The notes: generated by a model from the sequence alone, not told the origin. Counted from the stretch's first letter, positions 1 through 8,658 are shown. The stretch is DNA of 36,896 nt from Deltaproteobacteria bacterium (GCA_016218805.1 JACRCW010000124.1:1-36896); one strand, 5' to 3'. Numbers and translations: made by a program.

Positions 1-1
1 C

Positions 2-468
2 GCGATGCGCCTGTCCCGGGGGTCCGTGTCCTTCATGCAAGCAGGATCGGCAGCAACCACCGCCGCGTTGATCAGCCGAGTCGCCGATGGGATCTCCCCC
101 TACATCACGCCTCCGGGCCCTGGCCCCGCTAATCAAGTACAGGCGCAACCTCACTTGTGGATGTTCACGGGCGCCTGGGGATCGACCCCACTTCGCCCCC
201 GTTCAGGATTGACCGGTTGGAAACAGTCTACGCTGCAGTTCACGTGCTGCGGATGGCGACTTCGTCAACGAAGGCGGGCGAAGTCGCGGGAGGGCTTCGA
301 CGGTTGAAGGTGGCGGGCCCCATCAATGTGGTGGGGAAGCTATCGACCGGTCAGACTCTGGCCAATGCGATGAGAGCGCCCGTCCCGTGGACCGAGGTTG
401 CCCCCAAGTTCTGGGGCGCGATCACGGAGGTCGTCGTCCGCGCCTTGCTTGAGCAATCGTTTCCTTGA
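2..468 (+). pseudogene. Probable 3' part of an unknown gene entering from the left edge, possibly frameshifted near 140-160
   Basis: Frame 2 is open from the window edge to 307, and frame 1 is open 133-468. Both read like protein, but no family was recognised. Confidence 0.25.
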
Positions 469-612
469 TCCGAGCCGGCTCAGCCACCTTGACCTTCGCG
501 CTGGCGAGGCCGTGCGCCGAATGGTGGACCCATCCGCAAGGGTTTCGTGCTGCGCGTGACCAAGCCTTGGTGCCGGAGTGTCCCCAGAATGAAGCTGTGC
601 TGGAACAGGAAC

Positions 613-637
613 AAAAAAAGGGGCCCGCAGGCCCCTT
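613..637 (-). terminator. Rho-independent terminator on the minus strand
   Basis: Minus strand reads AAGGGGCC-TGCG-GGCCCCTT-TTTTT: a perfect 8-bp stem running into a T7 tract (A7 at 613-619 on +). Confidence 0.75.
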
Positions 638-676
638 CGAAAGCGATTCATCGGTGGTGTCTGCCACCGTGATCGA
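613..676 (-). ncRNA. Candidate ~65-nt two-hairpin small RNA
   Basis: Bounded by a sigma70-like promoter (682-710) and the terminator (613-637). Internal hairpin GAT-CA-CGGTGG/CAGACA/CCACCG-A-TG-A-ATC. No complete ORF fits inside. Confidence 0.4.
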
Positions 677-681
677 ATGTG

Positions 682-710
682 TCTTTAGGGATCCCCGCCC
701 GCCGCGTCAA
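682..710 (-). promoter_or_regulatory. Putative sigma70-type promoter for the candidate sRNA
   Basis: TTGACG (710-705), 17-bp spacer, TAAAGA (687-682). The -10 element is imperfect. Confidence 0.4.
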
Positions 711-965
711 GTCAAGGAGGTGCCGGACCGGTTTTGGGCAACGCCTGTTGCGGTGCGCGCCCCATGGACGGCGAGGGAGCGCCCCGAGTCGTCTGGAGCG
801 AGCGTTCGCGGCGCGCGCACAGCGCGGCCCTGCCGAACTCCAGCCACCCCATCCCCAGCGAGATCACCGCCCGCTGGCGTCACGACTGCATGGTTCGGCC
901 GGGCCGACCGAGCCACCCGCCTGTGGACGGGTACAGGCTTGATAAGTTGGCGTTTTGTGCAAAGG

Positions 966-1102
966 CGTGAGCAGCACCATGAATGTCACGCGCATGGATG
1001 GAAACATTCGTGAGCATTACCATGCATGAGGCGAGATTCCCCAAGAACTCACGTGACTTGCCTTGTGTGGATCACGACATGCGTTTCTGTTAGACGTGAG
1101 CA
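966..1102. repeat. Degenerate 43-bp-period array of CGTGA boxes (operator- or recombination-site-like)
   Basis: CGTGA at 966, 1009, 1052 and 1095; three copies extend to CGTGAGCA. The inverse TCACG lies 20 bp into units 1 and 3 (986, 1072). Units 1 and 2 match at 17 of the first 20 bases. Confidence 0.6.
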
Positions 1103-1112
1103 CAACCCCACT

Positions 1113-1816
1113 ATGCGCATCCTTCAGCACGGCCTGACCATTGACCTGGATGAGTCGGACCCGCGCGTGGCCGTGATCCAGACGCGCCTTATGGCCGCCC
1201 GCTCCCCCCACCGCTCCCCATGCCGGCCTTGCAGACATCCTGCCCCGCAGTGCCGGAGGCCGCGCTGCGGTTCTGGCGCGCGTTGAGCCCGCTACAGCGC
1301 CGCGAACTGCTGTTGCTTGCGGACCGCCCACACACACCCATGGAGATGGAAGCTGCCCTGGGCGTCACGCAGCGGGTGCTCATGGGCCGTCATGGGAGCC
1401 TCTTGCGTTGCATGCCCAACGTCAGCGGCGAAGCCTTCCCGTTGCACGTTCCCTGTCAGTGAAAACCGGCGTTTGCCCAAACCCAGCGCTCGTTGCACCG
1501 ACGCTGTCAGACGTCGACGCGCAACGCGGTGCGTTATCCCTTCCCAGCGCCTTTGACCTTGTTCCGGCCGTTCCACCCCCGCGCGCACTCGGAACGGAAC
1601 GCCTGGGAGCAGGGGTGGTTTCTGACAGGGAGAATGCAACGAAGCCTGCCCCAGGGCATGCAACGCAACAGGAGCCTGGCGCAGTTGGCCCGGTTCCACG
1701 GGGTGGCGGTGCGCATCCGGGCGCGCGGTCGTTCGCGCGCGTTGCGGCGGTTCTACCTGGATGATGCCACGGCGGAACTGGTGCGCGCGCTGGCGGTGAA
1801 CGACGGCTGTAAGTAA
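1113..1816 (+). pseudogene. Small winged-HTH-like protein gene, interrupted by a MITE and probably frameshifted near 1190-1215
   Basis: Removing 1401-1676 fuses ORFs 1220 and 1493 in frame to give ...RELLLLADRPHTPMEMEAALGVTQRVLMGRHGSLAQLARFHGVAVRIRARGRSRALRRFYLDD.... The likely N-terminus MRILQHGLTIDLDESDPRV (ATG 1113) is in another frame. The HTH call is inference. Confidence 0.6.
1401..1670. mobile_element. 270-bp non-autonomous transposable element (MITE) with T(G/C)T...ACA ends
   Basis: Terminal inverted repeats TCTTGCGTTGCATGCCC (1401-1417) and GGGCATGCAACGCAACA (1654-1670) match 16/17. Direct repeat GGAGCC flanks it at 1395-1400 and 1671-1676. Internal CGTTGCA-N7-YGTCAG boxes at 1406, 1440, 1491, and inverted at 1622-1641 and 1646-1665 (degenerate). 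No transposase. Confidence 0.88.
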
Positions 1817-1897
1817 GGCTTGACACCGACCCGGCCCTACAGCGTTGAACGCTCTGAGCCACCGAATCAGCGGCTGGCGCTTCAGTCAGGAGGGAGC

Positions 1898-2719
1898 ATG
1901 GATTCCCAGAGTGAGAACAGCTGGCACTTCATGCCGAGCTTTCGCGTCCCAGAGCCGTCCTGGGATGGGGCCAACTCCATGGTCCGCGAACTGCGCGACA
2001 CCATGGAGGCAGAGAGGGAGTCCAATGAGCAGGCGCTCCGGGTGTCAGACGCGGCCCTCATGGATGTTGGTGGTGATCCCTGTCGGGAAAACTGGTGGCA
2101 GTTCAGGCCGCTCCGCCTCTCCAGGGAGGAAGACTGGTCGGACTGGCTGGCGTGGCTGCTCTCGACGTCCACGGCTGGCACGTTGGGCCATGGTCTCCTC
2201 GGCCAGTGGATGCCCGGCACGACGCCGGTTGATTTCGTGAGGCCACAGGTCCTGCGCGAGCACGTCTTTGGTGACTACCGGACCGACATCGTCTTGAAGA
2301 CGGCGAGCGGCCGCTTCGCCCAAGTGGAAGTGAAGTTGTGGGACAAGCACTGGGAAAAGACCGAGGGCACAGGAGCCGAGGTCCGCAAGGCGCTCAAGAT
2401 TGAGAAGGGAAACATGGTGGACGTCATCCTCGCGCCCGCGCCAGCCATTCAAGCCAGGCAAGGTCGCATGACGCCGCGGGAAGTTGAGGAGCTTCCCTAC
2501 AAGACCCTTGACTGGGGGAGCGTGGCCAGCGCGCTGAGGCGCACCCTTCACGCCAAGGCGGAGGCCACTCCATGGAGGGTGTGGGCCCGGACGTTTGCCG
2601 GCGCCATGGAGCAGCGCCTGCTGGGCGCACTCCACGTCCCCGCTTCACTGCAGGCGTCAGCGCGCCAGCTGGCCGTGGCAGCAAGGTTCATTCACAACGC
2701 GGGAAAGGGAGGTGCGTGA
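1898..2719 (+). CDS. PD-(D/E)XK superfamily nuclease-like protein
   Basis: REEDWSDWLAWLL...VLRE...RTDIVL...QVEVK matches the E..S..LA.LL / RE / R.D / E.K pattern of this family. GGAGGGAG RBS precedes ATG 1898. Confidence 0.7.
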   Translation: MDSQSENSWHFMPSFRVPEPSWDGANSMVRELRDTMEAERESNEQALRVSDAALMDVGGDPCRENWWQFRPLRLSREEDWSDWLAWLLSTSTAGTLGHGLLGQWMPGTTPVDFVRPQVLREHVFGDYRTDIVLKTASGRFAQVEVKLWDKHWEKTEGTGAEVRKALKIEKGNMVDVILAPAPAIQARQGRMTPREVEELPYKTLDWGSVASALRRTLHAKAEATPWRVWARTFAGAMEQRLLGALHVPASLQASARQLAVAARFIHNAGKGGA

Positions 2720-3210
2720 TGGGCAACATGCAGGGGTTCGTAGAGGAGGGCTTCCGGCACTATTCTGACGCCAAGGAGGCGGTGACCCGCTTTGAGGCCT
2801 ACGTGCAGGAGCAGTTGGTCCTCGTCCTGACGGGATTCAAGCATTGGGCGTCATTCGCTCCCGACGCGCACGGCGAGCCGAAGGCGTACCTGTGGCCTGA
2901 CGCCGGCAGCGGCCTCTACATTGGTTGCTGGTTTCCGGGCAAACTTGGCGAGAAGAGGGTCTATGTCGACGTCAGTGTGTGGTGGCGGCCCGCGCTCGGT
3001 ACGGTCTACACGGCCGAACTCTACACATGGCAAGACAAGCGCATCGACTTCAAGAGCCCCGACATGCTCCCGGAGGGGGTCAGCGTCATCGACGCGAGTG
3101 ACGCCAACGTCTTAGTCATGAAAGTGGGGCCAGCGTTGGCAATGGGTGAGGACCTCGCGCGGCTTCTCCGCCTGCGCCTCGAATGCGCACCCACCCCGGA
3201 CAAGGCGTAG
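2719..3210 (+). CDS. Hypothetical protein translationally coupled to the nuclease
   Basis: TGATG stop/start overlap at 2717-2721 with GGAGG upstream. 163-aa globular-looking product (MGNMQGFVEEGFRHY...). Confidence 0.7.
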   Translation: MGNMQGFVEEGFRHYSDAKEAVTRFEAYVQEQLVLVLTGFKHWASFAPDAHGEPKAYLWPDAGSGLYIGCWFPGKLGEKRVYVDVSVWWRPALGTVYTAELYTWQDKRIDFKSPDMLPEGVSVIDASDANVLVMKVGPALAMGEDLARLLRLRLECAPTPDKA

Positions 3211-3317
3211 CAGGCATCCTCGGTGCTTGACGACGTCAAACAACTCCGGTCTCCGCGGCGGCCACCGGCGCCGCAGCTACCGCGGATTTCCGGATTGTCG
3301 ACAGGCGTGGCGCCCGC

Positions 3318-3725
3318 TCAGGCGGCGGCCGGCGCCGCGCTGGTGGTCACCACGTGGATCGCGGGCGGATCAGCCAGCACGCGCTTCACCGCGCACTGGT
3401 CCACCACCTGCTTGAGCGTCCCCAGGTAGCGCTCCGGGAAGGACGGTGGGACCTCCACGTGCAGGGCAACGTCCGCCAGGCGGTGCCGGGCGTCCCAGGT
3501 GTGCGTCTGCGTGATGCGAATGCCGTCCGTGGGGATGTTGCGCGTGCGGCAGAAGCCCTGCACGTAGAACCCCGCACACGTTGCCAGTGACGCCAGGAAC
3601 AGCATGAACGGGGCCGGCGCCTCATCCGTGCCGCCGGCGTCCACGGGTTGGTCCGTGAGCACGGCGTGCGGGCCCACGTGCGCAACAACTTTCTTTCCAT
3701 CCAACAGGTCAACGGTGATGTCCAT
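3318..3725 (-). CDS. OsmC/YcaO-N-like family protein
   Basis: TDQPVDAGG..APAPFMLFLASLATCAG...QCAVKR, with the two conserved Cys. Confidence 0.85.
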   Translation of the reverse strand: MDITVDLLDGKKVVAHVGPHAVLTDQPVDAGGTDEAPAPFMLFLASLATCAGFYVQGFCRTRNIPTDGIRITQTHTWDARHRLADVALHVEVPPSFPERYLGTLKQVVDQCAVKRVLADPPAIHVVTTSAAPAAA

Positions 3726-3807
3726 GCCCGTGGGAGCCGCGGGCGGTGCGGAGGGTTCGCCCGCGGGTCACTTGCGCGGACGGCCCGTTCCCGGTCAATG
3801 CCGCCCC

Positions 3808-4467
3808 ATGACTGAACGCCGCCGCGACGACGGGCCGCTCCCCCCGCCCGGGTCCGTAGGGCCGCACCCGCGTCCCTGGCCGGATGACCCGCGCCTGGAC
3901 CCGGAGCTGCTGGCTTCCGGTGACGCCCGCAACGTGGTGGACCGCTACCGGTACTGGCGCGTGGAGGCCATCCGCGCTGACCTGGACCGCACGCGGCATC
4001 CCTTCCACGTTGCGCTGGAGAACTGGGAGCATGATCCCAACATTGGCGCGGCGGTGCGCAACGCCAACGCGTTTGGCGCGCGGGCGGTGCACATTGTGGG
4101 GAAGCGCGGGTGGAACCGGCGCGGCGCCATGATGACGGAGGTCTACCAGCACGTGGTTCACCACGCGGATGCGGAAGCGCTGGTGGCCTACGCGGCCCGC
4201 GAGCAGTTGCCCGTCGTCGGCGTGGACAATGTCCCGGGTGCGGTGAGCCTGTTTGAGGCTGAGCTGCCGCGTGCGTGCATGCTGGTGTTTGGCCAGGAGC
4301 GCACCGGGCTCAGCGCGCCCATCCGCCGGGCGGCCGCGTGCATGGTGGCCATCCCGCAGTACGGCTCCACGCGCTCCATCAACGCGGGGGCGGCCTCCGC
4401 GGCGGCCATGTTCGAATGGTGCCGCCGTCACGCGGCCCGGGACGTCCCGCTGGTGACGGGGAATTAG
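3808..4467 (+). CDS. TrmH/SpoU family RNA 2'-O-methyltransferase
   Basis: SPOUT motifs ENWEHDPNIGAAVRNANAFG, FGQERTGLS, IPQYGSTRSINAGAAS. Start placed at ATG 3808. Confidence 0.9.
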   Translation: MTERRRDDGPLPPPGSVGPHPRPWPDDPRLDPELLASGDARNVVDRYRYWRVEAIRADLDRTRHPFHVALENWEHDPNIGAAVRNANAFGARAVHIVGKRGWNRRGAMMTEVYQHVVHHADAEALVAYAAREQLPVVGVDNVPGAVSLFEAELPRACMLVFGQERTGLSAPIRRAAACMVAIPQYGSTRSINAGAASAAAMFEWCRRHAARDVPLVTGN

Positions 4468-4521
4468 CCGGACGGCGCGCTTGGCTTGACGGCGCGGGTG
4501 CACCCGGCCGACAACCTGACC

Positions 4522-4851
4522 ATGCGCTGGAAGCTCCTCGTGGGTGTGCCCGTGTGCGCGGCCCTGCTTGCGCTGGGCTCCTGCTACGGGGCCTACGGGC
4601 AGGGCGAGGCATGCGACCCCACGCTGGGCGGCCGCGACTGCGCCGACACCCTGGTGTGCGCGTACGACTACGACGAGTGCCCCCAGTACGGCTGCCCCAA
4701 GTGCCGCCTGCAGTGCCGTACCAACGCGGACTGCGAATCCGCCAATGCCGACCGGTGCGACGCCGCGCGCGAGTGCAAGCTGCAGCAGCGCACGGACTAC
4801 AGCGGCGTGTGCGGCGTGTGCGACGACATCAAGCCGATCTGGCCGCCCTGA
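4522..4851 (+). CDS. Small Cys-rich putative lipoprotein
   Basis: MRWK + hydrophobic stretch + LGSC lipobox, followed by a densely Cys-spaced mature region. Confidence 0.7.
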   Translation: MRWKLLVGVPVCAALLALGSCYGAYGQGEACDPTLGGRDCADTLVCAYDYDECPQYGCPKCRLQCRTNADCESANADRCDAARECKLQQRTDYSGVCGVCDDIKPIWPP

Positions 4852-4968
4852 GCGGCGCTCCCGCCACCGTCGACGCGTGACGTCATGCCGGTTGCCAGGG
4901 TCCCGTGCACCGCGACGGGGGGCCTGCTAGGCACGCGCGCGTCGGTGACCTTCCATGACGGGTGAATC

Positions 4969-7900
4969 ATGACGCGCTCGACGAGGCTTGTTCCGCTGCT
5001 CCTGCTGGCTACCCAGGCGTGCAACTGCGACGACACTCTGACCGATGCCCCGGCGCCGGAGATTGTGGTTGCGGACGAGGACGGCACCGAGGCCGGCGGC
5101 CAGCCACCGCTCATCATTGAGTTTGGTGACGTGGAGATTGGCCAGCGCGTGGCGCACAAGGTGCGCATCCGCAACACCGGCAAGGCTCCGCTGGCGCTCA
5201 CCCGTGCGGCGCCGCTGGTGGATCCGGCGGACACCGTCTGCCCGGTGTCGTCCGCGGAGTTTGCCTACCCGCCGCTGTCTTCCAGCCAGGGCGTGGAGGT
5301 GGGGCCCAGCGGGGAGAAGCTGATTGAGGTGGCCTACCGGCCGCAGGACGGCGGCGGTGACTGCGCCATCATGCAGATCCTCTCCAATGACGGGGACGAA
5401 CCCGAGACGCGCGTCTACTTCCGCGCGCGCGGGTCAGCCGCGCGGTTCTGCGCGCAGGATCCGTCGCTGGACTTTGGGGACGTGGTCATTGGCCAGCAGA
5501 AGGACCTGCCCACCAAGGTGACCAACTGCGGCATCCGCACGCTGACCATCACCGCGGTGCGGGCCACCAGCTCATTCCCGCCGTTTGAGCTGCTTACGCC
5601 CGTCACCACGCCGCGCGCGCTGCAGCCGGGCGAAGAGATCCCGTTGGACTTCCGCTTCGCGCCCGTGGAGGCGCGGCGCTACGGGGGCCTGGGCGCCACG
5701 GCGGACCCGGGCGTGCTGGTGTTTGAGACGACGGAGGCGGGCGTGGGTTCGCTCACGCTGCTGGGGCGCGGTGTGACCCCGCCGGAGTGTCACCTTGTGG
5801 TGGCGCCCACGGCCATCAACTTTGGCCAGGTGGCGGTGGGCGCCTCCGCCACGCGGGACGTGCTCATCAGCAACAGCGGGGATGCGCCGTGCACGGTGGA
5901 TTCCATCTCCCGCATCTCCGGCTCCACGGACTTCTCCGTCACCGCCGGCGCGGCGCCGCCCGCCGTCACCGTGGCACCCGCGCAGGTGCAGGCCTTCACC
6001 ATCACGCTGGCACCCGCCGCGGCGGGCCTGCTCAACGCGGTGTTCCGCGTGACCAGTTCCACCACGGGCATGGATTACGACGTGAACGTGGAGGCCAACC
6101 AGCCGCCGCCGCAGGGGTGTGCGCTGGAGCCGGACCCCGCGTTCCTGAACTTTGGCACCGTGCCCATGGGGCGGGTGAACTCGCTGCCGGTGGTGCTGCG
6201 CTCCGTGGGCACCGAGGACTGCTCCGTCAAGCAGATCACCTTCCCGGCGGGGAGCCCGGAGTTCAGCACGTCCACCACCGTGCTCCCGCTCATTGGCCTG
6301 ATGGTGCCGTCCGGTGAGTCCACCAACGTCAACGTGGATTTCCGCGCGGCCAGCCCCGGGCCGCGCAGCGGGCGCATGCAGATCAAGTACGGCGAGCTGG
6401 GGTTTGGCGGCACCACCACGACGCTGAACGTGGACCTGGCCGGCAACGCCCAGGCGCCGACGTTGTGCGTGGATCCACAGGAGCTGGACTTTGGCTCCGT
6501 CCCGGTGGGGACCGAGGTGCGCCGCAGCGTGTCACTGCAAAGCTGCGGGGCCACGGAGCTCACCCTGCGCGGCGTGCAGATTGCCTCCGGGAGCAGCCCC
6601 GCGTTTGACGTACCTACGCCCCCCGCGCTGCCCGCCACCGTGCAGCCCGGCAGCGCCGTGACCGTGGAGGTCCGCTACAAGCCCACCACCGCCGCCGGAG
6701 ACCTGGGCATCCTGCAGGTGATGTCGGATGACCCCAACCTCGCCGTGGCGCCTGTGCGGCTCAAGGGCAATGCGGCCGGGCTGTGCCCGCCGCTGATGGT
6801 GTGCTCGCCCGATACGTTGGAGTTTGGCAACGTGCAGGTGGGCTTCCCGCAGACCATGGCCGTGGTGTGCCGCAACTACGGCACCCAGACGGTGACGGTG
6901 ACCTCCGCGTCCATTGCGCCCAGCCCGCCGTGGGCGCAGGCGTCCATGCTGCCGCGGTCCCTGGCGGTGGGGGATGCGCTGACCGTGCAGGTGACCCTGA
7001 CGCCGCTGACCACGGGCGCGTACTCCGGCACGCTGACGGTGAACTCCAACGCGTGTGCCAGCGCGCAGCAGGTGCAGCTCACCGCCACCGGCATCCCGCC
7101 GCTCATCCCCACCTGCACCCCGCCGGCGTCCTTCACCCCGCGCGAGGAATGGGCGTGGACCACCTCCACGGTGCACCCGCAGAAGGACCAGGTGTGGATG
7201 ACGCCGCTGGTGGTGAACCTCACGGATGACAACGGTGATGGCGCGGTGACCGCGGAGGACATCCCGGACGTGGTGTTCACGTCCTTTGACGGGCGGGACT
7301 TCAAGACCAACCCGCAGGATCCGGACATCATGGCGCCCATCAAGGCGGTGGTGCGCGCGGTCAGCGGTGATGACGGCCGCGAGCTGTGGACCGCCGGAGC
7401 CGAAGAACACATGGTGCAGAGCGAGGCCAACCTGGCCGCCGGTGACATTGACGGCGACAACCTGCCGGAGATCATTGGCAGCAAGTACGTGCTGCTGCCC
7501 GGGGAATCCATCATTCCCGACGGTCCCAAGGTGATGGGGCGGTTTGTGCGCGGCCGGCTCATCTGTTTTGACAGCCGCGGGGGCTTCAAGTGGGAGAGCG
7601 ACGAGTGGACCGCCAGCAAGGACGAGATGGAGGACAGCGGCGCGCCCGCCATTGCGGACCTGGACGGGGACGGGTTTGCGGAGGTCATCTGGCGCAACCA
7701 CGTGTTTGACGCTGCGGGTCACCTCAAGTGGGCGGGGACCGCGCGGTCCGGCTCCGCCGGGCACGGGGCGTTTTCGTTCCCGGTGGACCTCAACGGGGAC
7801 GGCACGCTGGAGGTGAGTGCCGGGTTCACGGCGTACCGCGCGGACGGGTCCATCCTGTGGAACCGGACGGACGTGCAGTTTGACGGCCTCCCCGCGGTGG

Positions 7901-8607
7901 CGGACTTTGAGGGTGACGGCACGCCGGAGGTGGTGGTGACCAACGGGTGGGTGCACATCCTCAACGGCGAGGACGGCACAGACGCCTACCCCACCATCAC
8001 GCTGCCGTACCCCGAAGGTGGCTGCTCGGAAGCCAACGCGTCCGACTGTGACACCCCCATCCCCACCAACGTGGCGCTGGCGGACTTTGACGGTGACGGG
8101 AAGCCGGAGATTGCAGTGGCCAACAAGAACCTGCTGCTGGTGCTGGAGGCCAACGGCACGGAGAACTGGCGCGTGGAGATTTCCGACCAGAGCGGCATGA
8201 GCGGACCGTCCGCGTTCGACTTTGAGGGTGACGGCATCTACGAGGTGGTCTACGCCGACGAGCAGCAGGTGTTCGCGCTGCGCGGGACGACGGGGCAGAA
8301 CATCTACACCTCGCCGCGGTCCAGCCGCACCATTGCCGAATACGCGACCATTGCGGACGTGGACAACGACGGGCACGCGAACATTGTGGTGGTGCAGAAC
8401 GAGCCGCTGCTGCGGCAGGTGAAGGGCATCAAGATGCTGGCCAACGCCACGGGCCAGTGGGCGGGGAGTTCGCGCATCTGGAACCAGCACGCCTACCACA
8501 TCACCAACGTCACGGAGTCCGGCCAGGTGCCGCGCGCCGAGCCCACGCACTGGCGCGGGGATGCGGCGCACAACAGCTTCCGTGCGCAGGGTCCGCGCTG
8601 CCAGTGA
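4969..8607 (+). CDS. Large surface lipoprotein: six Ig-like (choice-of-anchor D/ASH-like) domains plus an FG-GAP/VCBS-type beta-propeller
   Basis: Lipobox-like TQAC. Six xxFGxVxxG domain starts (IEFGDV, LDFGDV, INFGQV, LNFGTV, LDFGSV, LEFGNV). About eight DxDGDG-type Ca-binding loops in the C-terminal half. Confidence 0.85.
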   Translation: MTRSTRLVPLLLLATQACNCDDTLTDAPAPEIVVADEDGTEAGGQPPLIIEFGDVEIGQRVAHKVRIRNTGKAPLALTRAAPLVDPADTVCPVSSAEFAYPPLSSSQGVEVGPSGEKLIEVAYRPQDGGGDCAIMQILSNDGDEPETRVYFRARGSAARFCAQDPSLDFGDVVIGQQKDLPTKVTNCGIRTLTITAVRATSSFPPFELLTPVTTPRALQPGEEIPLDFRFAPVEARRYGGLGATADPGVLVFETTEAGVGSLTLLGRGVTPPECHLVVAPTAINFGQVAVGASATRDVLISNSGDAPCTVDSISRISGSTDFSVTAGAAPPAVTVAPAQVQAFTITLAPAAAGLLNAVFRVTSSTTGMDYDVNVEANQPPPQGCALEPDPAFLNFGTVPMGRVNSLPVVLRSVGTEDCSVKQITFPAGSPEFSTSTTVLPLIGLMVPSGESTNVNVDFRAASPGPRSGRMQIKYGELGFGGTTTTLNVDLAGNAQAPTLCVDPQELDFGSVPVGTEVRRSVSLQSCGATELTLRGVQIASGSSPAFDVPTPPALPATVQPGSAVTVEVRYKPTTAAGDLGILQVMSDDPNLAVAPVRLKGNAAGLCPPLMVCSPDTLEFGNVQVGFPQTMAVVCRNYGTQTVTVTSASIAPSPPWAQASMLPRSLAVGDALTVQVTLTPLTTGAYSGTLTVNSNACASAQQVQLTATGIPPLIPTCTPPASFTPREEWAWTTSTVHPQKDQVWMTPLVVNLTDDNGDGAVTAEDIPDVVFTSFDGRDFKTNPQDPDIMAPIKAVVRAVSGDDGRELWTAGAEEHMVQSEANLAAGDIDGDNLPEIIGSKYVLLPGESIIPDGPKVMGRFVRGRLICFDSRGGFKWESDEWTASKDEMEDSGAPAIADLDGDGFAEVIWRNHVFDAAGHLKWAGTARSGSAGHGAFSFPVDLNGDGTLEVSAGFTAYRADGSILWNRTDVQFDGLPAVADFEGDGTPEVVVTNGWVHILNGEDGTDAYPTITLPYPEGGCSEANASDCDTPIPTNVALADFDGDGKPEIAVANKNLLLVLEANGTENWRVEISDQSGMSGPSAFDFEGDGIYEVVYADEQQVFALRGTTGQNIYTSPRSSRTIAEYATIADVDNDGHANIVVVQNEPLLRQVKGIKMLANATGQWAGSSRIWNQHAYHITNVTESGQVPRAEPTHWRGDAAHNSFRAQGPRCQ

Positions 8608-8618
8608 AGCCCGCGCCC

Positions 8619-8651
8619 GGTATTGCGCAGTGCAGAACCAGGTAATACCCT
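8619..8651 (+). promoter_or_regulatory. Putative TA promoter with overlapping inverted-repeat operator
   Basis: TTGCGC (8623-8628), 17 bp, TACCCT (8646-8651). GGTATTGC (8619-8626) and GTAATACC (8642-8649) form a 7/8 inverted repeat. Confidence 0.55.
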
Positions 8652-8658
8652 CCCCGGC

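Noticed and set aside
465..1013. 182-aa ORF and overlapping minus-strand ORFs at 340-667
   Set aside because: Low-complexity Arg/Pro/Ala-rich translations that run through the terminator and hairpin structures; no RBS or motif.
966..1102. 43-bp periodic array as a mini-CRISPR
   Set aside because: The conserved part is only 5-8 bp and the period is too short for repeat plus spacer.
1820..1850. TTGACA promoter or TTG start for the nuclease gene
   Set aside because: No credible -10 box at 16-18 bp spacing, and the strong RBS favours ATG 1898.
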